DNA of 64,000 nt. Origin: an uncultured virus (IMG/VR IMGVR_UViG_3300044506_000040) (lineage: Duplodnaviria; Heunggongvirae; Uroviricota; Caudoviricetes). The notes under the pieces were generated by a model, which searched no databases, was not told the DNA's origin, and worked only from the letters and a program-made list of their open reading frames with translations. Where the stretch lies: the IMG/VR virus record IMGVR_UViG_3300044506_000040. One strand, written 5' to 3'. The position numbers were made by a program, and so were the translations under genes. Numbering within the stretch: the stretch's first letter is position 1; every line of letters begins with the position of its first letter. This document shows, one piece after another, positions 8,741 through 18,402 of the stretch.

Positions 8741-11700
8741 ATGGGCGTCCTTGACGATCTGAATAGAAATCTTCAAGCCATGGTCGCGTCGATTGAGGCG
8801 CTGGCACCGGTGATTGAAGAAGATGGCGGCTTGGCAGGTGGTAACGCAGCAGCTGCTGCTGCGACCGCCGCAGCGACTTCCGCCTCGCAGTCGGCAACGG
8901 CTGCACAAACGGCTGCGACCTCAGCTATTGCGGCAGGCACGCAAACCGCAGCTGACGTCACGGCAGCAGCAGGCTCGGCTACCGCGGCACAGAACGCAGC
9001 AACGGCTGCCATTGGCGCGGAAACGGCCGCTGCGGCCTCCGCCACGAATGCGGCAGCCTCGGACCAGGATGCGACTCAGCAAGCCACCCAAGCGGCTGCT
9101 AGCGCGACTGCGGCAGCTCAGAGCGCAGCGGCAGCACTGACGGATAAGAATTCCGCGGATGCTTCGGCGACCGCTGCGGCTTCGTCGATGAATGCAGCAC
9201 AAACGGCTGCTGCTTCGGCGATCGCACTCTACAACTCGTGGGGACAAGTCTTCCTGGGTGAATTGCCTGAAGACCCGACGCTGGACAATCAGGGCAACCC
9301 GTTGATCAACGGCGCGATGTACCTGAACATCACGGACAACCCGAACCTCATGCGGATCTATATCGCTGGGGCCTGGGAAGATCTGGATGAAGGTGGTCAG
9401 CTGGCAACGCAAGCAGCTCAGACCGCAGCTCAACAAGCAGCGAACTCGGCTACGAATGCAGCAACGTCCGCTGGCAATGCAGCAGATTCGGCAGCCACTT
9501 CGACGACTCAGGCTACTGCTGCCGCAGCTTCGGCTACGGACGCTGATACATCCGCTACGGCGGCAGCTACCAGTGCCAGTGCTGCTGCTGTGTCGGATAC
9601 GGATGCAGCATCTCAAGCAACCGCTGCGGCAGCCAGCGCAACCTTGGCTGAAGCCTGGGCTTCGCAGTCAGATGGTACGGTAGGTGGCACGACGTTCTAC
9701 TCGGCTGCTTACTACGCTCAAGAAGCTGTGAATGCAATGGACACCATTGCATCGCAGGCCGTGATTGCTCAGACGGGATCGAATAGCGCTGCGGCCTCCG
9801 CGAACTCCGCTTCGAACTCCGCTGCATCGGCTTCGACCAATGCGACCTCGGCTTCGCAAAGTGCGACTGCGTCGGCAGCTTCCGCAGGTAATGCTCAGAA
9901 CAGCGCGACCTCGGCCCTGAACGCCATGAATAGCGCGCAGGCTAATGCCACGTCGGCGGGGATCTCGGCGGCTCAGGCCAATGAATCCAACGGCATGGCG
10001 CAGAGCTACGCAACGAGCGCCAACAACGCAGCCTCGACAGCTGTCGCAAATGCCACAGTCTCGACCAATGCAGCGGCGCTGGCTGAAGACTGGGCCATCA
10101 AGTTGACGGGTGAAGTCGACGGGGTGGACTACTCTGCGAAGTACTGGGCACTGGCGGCTCAGTCGGCGGATACGGATGCACAGAACCAAGCGTCGACAGC
10201 GATGGCTCAAGCCACGGCTGCAACGACAGCAGCTACCACGGCAACCAATGCAGCAACCGATGCTCAGAACTGGGCAAGCTCTGCCGCGTTGGTAGATGGC
10301 ACGGATTACTCGGCCAAGTACTGGGCGGGTCAGGCATCGAACTCGGCAGCGGCAGCCAATACGTCGGCAGCCTCGATTACGGGTCAGGCTACGGCGGCGG
10401 CGCAAAGTGCTACGCTCGCTCAAGCCTGGGCCTCGGGTTCGGGTACGATCGGTGGGACCACGAGCTATTCGGCTCAGTACTACGCCATGCAAGCGCAGAG
10501 CGCAGATACGGACGCCCAGACGCAAGCAGCGAATGCAGCGACTTCGGCAACCGATGCTGCGGCTTCCGCTTCGACGGCCTCGGGGGCAGTGACGACGGTG
10601 CAGGCTGTGATGGCTGCATTCAACCAGTTGTTCCTGGGCACGTTCAGCACGCCGCCTACGACGGACAATCAAGGTGGAGCATTGGTCAACGGTGCGGAAT
10701 ACCTGGATAGTTCGCAAACGCCTGCTGTGCTGATGGCATGGGACGGCACGCAATGGGCAGTGGCATCTACCGGTGGGAGTTCGAACAATGCGACCCTGGC
10801 AGCATCTCAAGCAGCAGCTTCCGCAAGCCAAGCATCTGCTGCGGCTACAGCTGCGCAAACGAGTCAGACGAATGCAGCAACGTCTGCAACGAACGCGGCC
10901 AGCAGTGCAACGAACGCTGGCACTTCTGCTACTACTGCCGGTGCTGCTGCTACTGCTGCTGCGGGTAGTGCTACGAGTGCTGCTGCTGCCGATGCGGATT
11001 CTCAGACACAGGCAACGAATGCGGCGTCGTCTGCGACAAACGCTGCAAGTTCGGCGAGCGCAGCTTCTGCTTCGGCAGGCACGGCGTCGAGTGCAGCCAC
11101 ACTAGCCCAGAACTGGGCGAGCCAGCCGGTGGGTTATGTCAATGGCACGACCTACAACTCGGCATTTGTCTACGCAACGGCGGCACAAGCTGCATCGTCG
11201 ACAGCCTCGGCGGCACAAAACGCTTCGGCTACGTCGGCGACTCTGGCTCAGGCTTGGGCATCGCAGACGACGGGCGTCGTGAATGGCAGCCAGTACTACT
11301 CGTCGTACTACTACGCGAATCAAGCGTCGCTCAGTGCGACTACGTGTACGAATGCAGCGAGTAACGCACAGTCGGCGATGACTGCGGCTAATGCTTCGGC
11401 AACGGCTGCTGGCACGTCGGCAACCAATGCGGCCACGAGTGAATCCAACGCCGCAGCATCGGCCGTCACGGCAACGCAGCAAGCGAACAGCGCCAGCACA
11501 TCGGCGACCAATGCCGCAGCCTCTGCATCGAGTGCCGCGGGCTATGACACGGACGCTCAACTGCAAGCCACGAACGCTGAAGCGTCGGCCACCACGGCTC
11601 AGAACAGTGCCGCAGCTGCACAAACGGCTGCAACCAACGCCACCAGTGCAGCAACGGGTCTGGCGAACGCTCAGACGGCCGCTGCGGCCTCCGCGACGGC

Positions 11701-14700
11701 TGCGGCTACCAGCGCTAGTGCTGCGGCGGCGAGCGCCACGGCGGCCGCTACAAGCGCTACCAATGCAGCAACGGATGCCACGCAAGCAGCGGCTTCGGCA
11801 GCGGCGGCAGCAGAGAGTGCAGCGAACTCGGGTACGGGTTCGGGTGTCAGCTTGGCGCAGGTGCAAGCCATTGAAGCTCAGCTGAACGCGATGCTCACGT
11901 CGTTTGGTGCAGCCTGGCTTGGTGACCAGGACACGTTCCCGACGGTGGATCTGAATGGGAACCCGCTGGTGGAAGGTGCTTCGTTTTTGTACACGGGCGT
12001 GACACCGTACGAGTTGTTCGTGTATGTGGGCGGAGTCTGGACACCAACCAATGAGGACGCGTTGGCAGCGTCGACCAGTGCGACACTCGCGGCTTCTCAA
12101 GCGGCGGCTTCGGCTACCGCTGCGGGTCAATCGTCGGCACTGGCTTCGAGTGCCGCTGCGAATGCCCTGACGTACATGGATGGTGCTAACACGGCATTGA
12201 CCGGTGCGCAGGATGCAGACACGGATGCGCAAACTCAGGCAACCAATGCTGCTGCTTCGGCGAGTTCCGCAGGGGATGCAGCAACCGCAGCAGCGGCTTC
12301 CGCTACCCTGGCACAAGCTTGGGCGACGGAAAACGATTCGAACGTGAATGGCAGTGGGCAAGGCTCGGCACTGTATTATGCTGGCTTGGCTCAAGGCTAC
12401 TACTCGTCGATCACGAGTCTGAACACCACGGCTGCAACGAGTGCGTCCAGCGCTGCGGCTTCGGCCACGGCAGCAGCGGCATCGCTCACGCAGCTTAACA
12501 ACCAAGTGACCCTGGCTCAGTCGGCAGCAACGTCGGCACAAGGTCAGGCAAACAACGCTCAGAGTTCGGCTACGGCCGCAGCAGGTAGTGCGACCACAGC
12601 GAACAACAGTGCAGCTTCGGCAGCAACCTCAGCCAGTGCGGCGGCGAACAGTGCCACGACGGCTTCGAACAACGCCTCCTCGGCGAGTGCTTCGAATACG
12701 GCCGCACAGGCAGCCGCGACGTCTTCGGAGAACTACGCTGCACAAGCGCAGAGCTATCTGAATACGGCGAATGCGAATGTGGCCAACGTGTCGCAGTACG
12801 CAACGCTGGCACAGAACTGGGCCAGTCAAACCACGGGCGTGGTGAACGGCACGAGCTATTACTCGGCCTATTACTACGCTCAGGCTGCGCTGACCACGTA
12901 TAACAACACGGTCAATGCCGCAGCCACGGTAACGACTTCGACCACGGCCGCAACTACGGCTGCCACCAACGCCGCGACTTCCGCAGCATTGGCACAGTCG
13001 TGGGCTGCACAAGGCAGTGGGTTTGTGAACGGGACGACGTCTTACTCGGCGGCCTATTACGCAGGACAAGCAGCCACCTCAGCCACCAATGGAGCCACGA
13101 GTGCAACCGCTTCGGCAGCCTCGGCAACGCTCGCGCAAGCGTGGGCTACGCAGGCAACGGGAGTGGTGGGCACGAGCAGCTTGTACAGTGCTTACTGGTA
13201 CGCGAACCAAGCTGCGCTCTCTTCGAGCACGGCCACGACGCAAGCTGGGAATGCCTCGGCTTCAGCAACTGCGGCAGCTGCGAGTGCAACGAGTGCTCAG
13301 ACGAGTGCGAACAATGCAGCGACCTCCTACGCTCAAACGCAGGCAGTGATCGCTTCGTTCAGTAGCGCGTGGCTGGGTGCTTACTCGACGCCTCCGACGC
13401 AGACGCCTACGGGTGGTGCGTTGACCGTGGGTGCGCAGTACGAAGACATTTCGCAGAACCCGCCTGTCATCATGACGTATTACAACGGCGTGTGGAATGC
13501 TCCTTCGCAATCCGATCAGACAGCTTCGGCTAACGTGACGATTGCTGCCACTCAAGCAGCGGCCAGTGCCGCAACGGCATCGACCGCTGCAACGAACGCC
13601 GGTAACAGTGCAACGGCTGCCGCGAACTCGGCAACCGCAGCTGCTACGTCTGAAACCAATGCAGGAAATAGCGCTACGGCCGCAGGCACGTCCGCATCGC
13701 AAGCTTCGACCAGTGCATCGGCCGCAGCAGCATCGGACAGCGACGCACAGACGCAGGCTGAGAATGCGTTGGCTTCGGCGGCAACGGCTACGTCTCAAGC
13801 GACGGCTGCGAGTAACTCCGCAACCTTGGCTCAAGCGTGGGCGAGTCAACCGGCTGGGGTGGTGAACAACACCACGTATTACAGTGCATCGTACTACGCG
13901 ACCCAGGCGTCGACGCAGGCAACCAATGCCGGCACGCAGGCAACCAATGCTGCATCGTCGGCTACGGCCGCCGCAGCATCTGCTGCCGCAGCAGCAGCAC
14001 TCGTAGCAGGTCCTTCGGGCTCGGCTAACTACTACGCGCAGCAAGCCTCCACGGCAGCAGGCAATGCCAACACATCGGCAGGCCAAGCGGCTACGAGTGC
14101 CACGGCAGCAGCGACTTCTGCGTCTAACGCAGCGGCCTCGGCTACCCAAGTACTCACGGGGGTAAACAGTGCGGGGTCCAGCGCAACTGCGGCTGCGACG
14201 TCTGCAACGAATGCTGCCAACTCGGCAAGCGCGGCACAGACGTCGGCGAATACGGCTAACTCGGCAGCTTCGGCTGCGGGTACGTCGGCTTCGGCAGCAG
14301 CGGGTAGTGCGTCGGATGCAGCAGCCAGTGCAACGGCAGCCGCCGCCTCGGTGCCGAGTGCCCAGAGCGCAGCGACAGCCGCCGGGGCTTCGGCCGCAGC
14401 AGCCGCCGCCAGTGCAGCAAGCGCGTTGCAAAACGCGCGTATCAACATGTTCGTGAGTGGTCAGAATGGTGGCACAGTCTCGCAGCAGTGGGAACAACTC
14501 TTTGCTGAGACGACTGTCTTCCAGGCAGACTGGGGTGTGTCCAGTGGTTCGGGCTCCGTCGGTAACTGCCAGTTCTCGCAAGGTACGAGTGCGCTCTTCA
14601 ACATCTACGCATACAACCTGGCAAACCCGAACGGCACGTTGATCGCGCAGATCACGTTCACGGCGAACGGTAACACGATCAACAGCATGGCATCGGGCAC

Positions 14701-14827
14701 GGCTTCGTTCTCGACCATGAACACGTCCTTCACCTTCAATCCGGGTGACATGATGATTGTGGTGCCGCAAACCACCAACGTCTCGGCAGTGGCCGTCGCA
14801 TTCCGCGGCGCTTACCCGAACGCTTAA
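8741..14827 (+). CDS. Giant Ala/Ser/Thr-rich tail fibre (~2,030 aa)
   Basis: A/S/T coiled coil interrupted by 11 LAQxWA...YSAxYYA hinges and 4 (F/W)LG..PT.D..G..L..GA.Y domains; ATG at 8741 follows AAGGGA. Confidence 0.82.
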   Translation: MGVLDDLNRNLQAMVASIEALAPVIEEDGGLAGGNAAAAAATAAATSASQSATAAQTAATSAIAAGTQTAADVTAAAGSATAAQNAATAAIGAETAAAASATNAAASDQDATQQATQAAASATAAAQSAAAALTDKNSADASATAAASSMNAAQTAAASAIALYNSWGQVFLGELPEDPTLDNQGNPLINGAMYLNITDNPNLMRIYIAGAWEDLDEGGQLATQAAQTAAQQAANSATNAATSAGNAADSAATSTTQATAAAASATDADTSATAAATSASAAAVSDTDAASQATAAAASATLAEAWASQSDGTVGGTTFYSAAYYAQEAVNAMDTIASQAVIAQTGSNSAAASANSASNSAASASTNATSASQSATASAASAGNAQNSATSALNAMNSAQANATSAGISAAQANESNGMAQSYATSANNAASTAVANATVSTNAAALAEDWAIKLTGEVDGVDYSAKYWALAAQSADTDAQNQASTAMAQATAATTAATTATNAATDAQNWASSAALVDGTDYSAKYWAGQASNSAAAANTSAASITGQATAAAQSATLAQAWASGSGTIGGTTSYSAQYYAMQAQSADTDAQTQAANAATSATDAAASASTASGAVTTVQAVMAAFNQLFLGTFSTPPTTDNQGGALVNGAEYLDSSQTPAVLMAWDGTQWAVASTGGSSNNATLAASQAAASASQASAAATAAQTSQTNAATSATNAASSATNAGTSATTAGAAATAAAGSATSAAAADADSQTQATNAASSATNAASSASAASASAGTASSAATLAQNWASQPVGYVNGTTYNSAFVYATAAQAASSTASAAQNASATSATLAQAWASQTTGVVNGSQYYSSYYYANQASLSATTCTNAASNAQSAMTAANASATAAGTSATNAATSESNAAASAVTATQQANSASTSATNAAASASSAAGYDTDAQLQATNAEASATTAQNSAAAAQTAATNATSAATGLANAQTAAAASATAAATSASAAAASATAAATSATNAATDATQAAASAAAAAESAANSGTGSGVSLAQVQAIEAQLNAMLTSFGAAWLGDQDTFPTVDLNGNPLVEGASFLYTGVTPYELFVYVGGVWTPTNEDALAASTSATLAASQAAASATAAGQSSALASSAAANALTYMDGANTALTGAQDADTDAQTQATNAAASASSAGDAATAAAASATLAQAWATENDSNVNGSGQGSALYYAGLAQGYYSSITSLNTTAATSASSAAASATAAAASLTQLNNQVTLAQSAATSAQGQANNAQSSATAAAGSATTANNSAASAATSASAAANSATTASNNASSASASNTAAQAAATSSENYAAQAQSYLNTANANVANVSQYATLAQNWASQTTGVVNGTSYYSAYYYAQAALTTYNNTVNAAATVTTSTTAATTAATNAATSAALAQSWAAQGSGFVNGTTSYSAAYYAGQAATSATNGATSATASAASATLAQAWATQATGVVGTSSLYSAYWYANQAALSSSTATTQAGNASASATAAAASATSAQTSANNAATSYAQTQAVIASFSSAWLGAYSTPPTQTPTGGALTVGAQYEDISQNPPVIMTYYNGVWNAPSQSDQTASANVTIAATQAAASAATASTAATNAGNSATAAANSATAAATSETNAGNSATAAGTSASQASTSASAAAASDSDAQTQAENALASAATATSQATAASNSATLAQAWASQPAGVVNNTTYYSASYYATQASTQATNAGTQATNAASSATAAAASAAAAAALVAGPSGSANYYAQQASTAAGNANTSAGQAATSATAAATSASNAAASATQVLTGVNSAGSSATAAATSATNAANSASAAQTSANTANSAASAAGTSASAAAGSASDAAASATAAAASVPSAQSAATAAGASAAAAAASAASALQNARINMFVSGQNGGTVSQQWEQLFAETTVFQADWGVSSGSGSVGNCQFSQGTSALFNIYAYNLANPNGTLIAQITFTANGNTINSMASGTASFSTMNTSFTFNPGDMMIVVPQTTNVSAVAVAFRGAYPNA

Positions 14828-14843
14828 CCAGAAGGAAATGGAA

Positions 14844-16007
14844 ATGGCAACGCCTCAGTTTATTGTTGGAGCAGAGGGCTTCGACCGCTATCCAGCAGGG
14901 GCGTTGTCTCCTGTGTATCCGTGGGTGCAACTCAATACGAATAACACCGCTGCGATTGTGCCCACGTTCAGTTTGTTTAACAGTAATGCGCTGGGGGTCC
15001 CGCCCCTGGCAACGAATAGCTGTGGGTGGGTCTATGTGGTCCCATCCACCGCAGCGTTTCAGCGGAATAACACCAAGGCGGGTGGCACAGGCGCGTTTGG
15101 CTTCTGCGGTTACATTCGTCTGGGTAATCTCACGACGCAGGGCACCGATACGATGCTGGCGATGGGCTGCACGAATAACTCGTCACCCTCGTTCCCGATT
15201 CTGGGTCAGTCGTATTCCACGCTCTACGGGCAAAGCCTGGCCTTCCCGAGTCAAGTCTCGGGGCTGGGCACCAAGCCCTATCTCTACTCGGTCAAACCCA
15301 ACACCTGGGTCTGGGTAGGTATCTATTTCTCGTTCACCCCGACAGGGAAACTGCTGGCGACCTACTGTATCAACGGTAAGGCGATCTGGAAGGACGTGAC
15401 CATCAATTGGCTCACGGATCTCTTTGCTGCGGGCCAGACAGTGAACATGCTCAAGGTCTACAACGGCACCTTGGGCGAATGGTACATGGATGACATGGTG
15501 CTCCATGCGACATCCACGGCTGATGCGAATTGGCCAAACCCCACGGCATTGACTCCTGAAGTTCTCCCGCAATACCATCCGAAACAGATCACCCTGGCGC
15601 AGGCAACTGCGACGGCGTTCAACAGTGGCTTCTTCTCGATGACCACGGAGCCGGATTGGCAAGCGGTGACGGACCTCTCGGGTCAGAATTCAATCGGGGC
15701 GTATCAAACCACGGGCGGTGTGGGTTCCACAGGCGGTGACTCCTACGAGTACTACAACTGGACCCCACAAGCCCAAACGGGCATCAAGGCGCTCATCTAC
15801 CGGGGCCAATCGAGTAACCTGCTGCAAGTCTCCCCAGCCCAAGTCGTGGGTGGACAAGAGGCCACGATGGCCGTGAATAACAACGGTCCGCAGAACGTGG
15901 GCAACTCGGTGGGCATGTTTGTGGGCATCAGCGAGAACGACGGAACCAACCACTGGACGCAGGCGAGCATTGAAGCCGCGACGTTCGGGCAGTTCACGCA
16001 CAATTGA
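14844..16007 (+). CDS. ConA/LamG-like virion protein; propeller-less relative of the downstream array
   Basis: AEGFD N-terminal motif, YMDDMVL and C-terminal HWTQASIEA align with FxEGFE, IDDIYL and WTxAGLNA of the six paralogs. Confidence 0.65.
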   Translation: MATPQFIVGAEGFDRYPAGALSPVYPWVQLNTNNTAAIVPTFSLFNSNALGVPPLATNSCGWVYVVPSTAAFQRNNTKAGGTGAFGFCGYIRLGNLTTQGTDTMLAMGCTNNSSPSFPILGQSYSTLYGQSLAFPSQVSGLGTKPYLYSVKPNTWVWVGIYFSFTPTGKLLATYCINGKAIWKDVTINWLTDLFAAGQTVNMLKVYNGTLGEWYMDDMVLHATSTADANWPNPTALTPEVLPQYHPKQITLAQATATAFNSGFFSMTTEPDWQAVTDLSGQNSIGAYQTTGGVGSTGGDSYEYYNWTPQAQTGIKALIYRGQSSNLLQVSPAQVVGGQEATMAVNNNGPQNVGNSVGMFVGISENDGTNHWTQASIEAATFGQFTHN

Positions 16008-16016
16008 GAAACGGCT

Positions 16017-18389
16017 ATGTCGCTTTTATTTGCAGAAGGCTTTGAAACAGTCGCGGACACGCCGGACATGTACGCACGGGGTCTCATCCAGAACGTCACG
16101 ACGAATATCGGTGGCGCGAATGGACTCCCCTCGCCCTCCCGCACGGGCTATCCCGGCAAGGGCTGGTTCCTGCGCGCGGGTATTGCAGGCTACAGCATCT
16201 CGGGCGTGGCACCGCTGGGTGGTGCAGGCTACACTGACTACGGCATGATCCCGATGGGTCAGTCGATCTATTCCCTGTGGCAGGCCGGTGGCTTCTGTGT
16301 GGGTTTCAGCGCAAGCTTTAACTCCAGCTGCTACCTTCAGCCGGGCGCTGGGGAATCGCAACAGATCGTCTATGATGGCGCGCAGTACTACTGGTCGATC
16401 TGCTATTACTACAATGGCGCCACCTGGGTCTGGGGTGTGGCTTATTCGACGGACTTGAAGAACTGGAACCTGTCGATTACGCAACCTTCGGTCAATCAGA
16501 ACTCCACGATCACGGTCTCTGGTAGTGGACCGACGGCGATCATCATTGTCGGTAGCAGCAGCAACTTCAGTGCGCCAGCTTCGCAGTATTCCAACAACAT
16601 GGGGTTGACCTGGAATGCGATGTCGGGCAACGCTCTCTATCGGACGCCCGTCTACGTGAATGGCGCGAATGGGACCACGGCACTCTACGTCACGGTCACA
16701 GCCACGGGTAGCGGCAACCCCGAGCCAGCCTACTCCACGACCTGGACGGGCACGCCAGTGAGTCTGACCGCCGTGGGTGCGATCGCCCCTGCTTCATCCA
16801 CACAAGGCGCGTACTGCAAACAGGTGGGTAACTACATCTGCGCAATCGCCTTCACGGGCGGGGCGAGCCAGTGGGGGCCGAGTGCGGGGTGCACGAGCGG
16901 GATTGCGTTCTGTTCGACGAGCGCGGATCCGACGGTCGCGACCAATTGGACGAGGACGGCGACGCTGCCTTTCCAGATCATGGACCTGGTGGTCTTCAAT
17001 GGCAACTTCGTGGCAGTGGGCTACGGTGGTATCTACACCTGTCCGATTGCAAACCCAACGCAGTGGTATCCGACGAACGGGTTCTACAACACGAACGCAC
17101 CGGTGACCGCTGGCAACTTCGCGGTCTTCGCGATCGCCAGCAACGGCACAACGCTGATGGCAGTCGGTCAGGATCCCATCAATGTGCAGCTGGGTGCGAT
17201 CTACCTGTCTAAGGACGGTATCAACTGGACGAAGCAAAACCGCTACATCTACTTCAATGCCACCAATGCGAACACGGCGTTCCAAGCATTCACGATGGTG
17301 CTGTGGGACGGCAAGCAGTGGGTGGTGGCAGGTGGCGTGAACAACGGCATGATCATCACCTCCCCCGATGGTCTCGCGTGGGAAGTGCAGTATGTGTACG
17401 ACAACGGTGAGCAGGTCGATGCGACCAGTCTGAGTTTCCCAGGGTTCTATTCGGGGACGATGAACTACGCCGCGAACCTCTTCTCGCCCTGGAACACGGC
17501 AGCGAACACCTCGTTCTTCAACGGCTTGGGTGTCTCGGCAGGCGCACCGACCAATGGTCAGCGTCAGGTGGGGGTGTGTCAGAACTACAGCAATGGCATT
17601 GCGGTGTCCGACATCGGCAACACGGCTGGCTGGGGCACGACGGTTGCCTGTCCGACCATTCCTACAGGGAACAATCCGGGCTCAGCACTCACGCACTACT
17701 ACGAGTTGATCCTGACAGCGGGTGCCGCAGTCAACTCGTTCACGATCCAGTGGGCCATTGACGGTGTGGTGCAGCCCGTGACCAGTGCGGCGTATCAGTT
17801 TGCGCCGACCACCGATACCACGGGCGTCAATCAGATCTTCTTCAATCTGCCGCGGCAAGGTACGTTCGTGCAGATCGATGACATCTACTTGACGAACATG
17901 GACGGACATGGGGCGAGCGGGCGCTTGGGTCCGCAGAACATCTTCCCGCTGAGTATGGTGTCGGCCCTCACGAGCGGGATGACCAACAGCATCTCGGCCA
18001 ACAGTAACGCCCAGACGGTCAATAGCGAACTCTCCAATTCGGAAGGCTACGTCTATACCGCCACGAAGAATACGCAAGACGTGTATGGGACGAGCAACGT
18101 CGTACCGTCGAACTACAACGTGGTGGCAGTGCTGGCAGAGGCGTACTTCGGTCAGCTGGGTCAGGGCGTGGGAGTGGCAGGTGCGGTGGGACTGAAGAGC
18201 GGGTCCGCAACCAAGCAAGGTAGCGTGGTCTCCGCAGGCACGGGTGTGTTGAGCAACAACACGACGACGCCGCAAGCGAGCTGGCCGGCACGCAGCACGG
18301 TCCTCACGGAAACGGATCCCAAGACGGGTGCTGCCTTCACGCTGGCGAATTTGAATGCGCTGGATGTGACGGTGACGAAAACAACTTAA
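16017..18389 (+). CDS. Asp-box beta-propeller virion/adhesin protein, paralog 1
   Basis: FAEGFE start, repeated S/T-x-D-(G/L)-x-x-W Asp-boxes, THYYEL, IDDIYLTN, DPKTGAAFT. Confidence 0.78.
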   Translation: MSLLFAEGFETVADTPDMYARGLIQNVTTNIGGANGLPSPSRTGYPGKGWFLRAGIAGYSISGVAPLGGAGYTDYGMIPMGQSIYSLWQAGGFCVGFSASFNSSCYLQPGAGESQQIVYDGAQYYWSICYYYNGATWVWGVAYSTDLKNWNLSITQPSVNQNSTITVSGSGPTAIIIVGSSSNFSAPASQYSNNMGLTWNAMSGNALYRTPVYVNGANGTTALYVTVTATGSGNPEPAYSTTWTGTPVSLTAVGAIAPASSTQGAYCKQVGNYICAIAFTGGASQWGPSAGCTSGIAFCSTSADPTVATNWTRTATLPFQIMDLVVFNGNFVAVGYGGIYTCPIANPTQWYPTNGFYNTNAPVTAGNFAVFAIASNGTTLMAVGQDPINVQLGAIYLSKDGINWTKQNRYIYFNATNANTAFQAFTMVLWDGKQWVVAGGVNNGMIITSPDGLAWEVQYVYDNGEQVDATSLSFPGFYSGTMNYAANLFSPWNTAANTSFFNGLGVSAGAPTNGQRQVGVCQNYSNGIAVSDIGNTAGWGTTVACPTIPTGNNPGSALTHYYELILTAGAAVNSFTIQWAIDGVVQPVTSAAYQFAPTTDTTGVNQIFFNLPRQGTFVQIDDIYLTNMDGHGASGRLGPQNIFPLSMVSALTSGMTNSISANSNAQTVNSELSNSEGYVYTATKNTQDVYGTSNVVPSNYNVVAVLAEAYFGQLGQGVGVAGAVGLKSGSATKQGSVVSAGTGVLSNNTTTPQASWPARSTVLTETDPKTGAAFTLANLNALDVTVTKTT

Positions 18390-18402
18390 GGGTAGGTCCA
18401 CG

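Noticed and set aside
8741..14827. Possible DNA repeat array or CRISPR in the low-complexity region
   Set aside because: Repetition is at protein level with varied codons; there are no fixed repeat-spacer units or cas genes.
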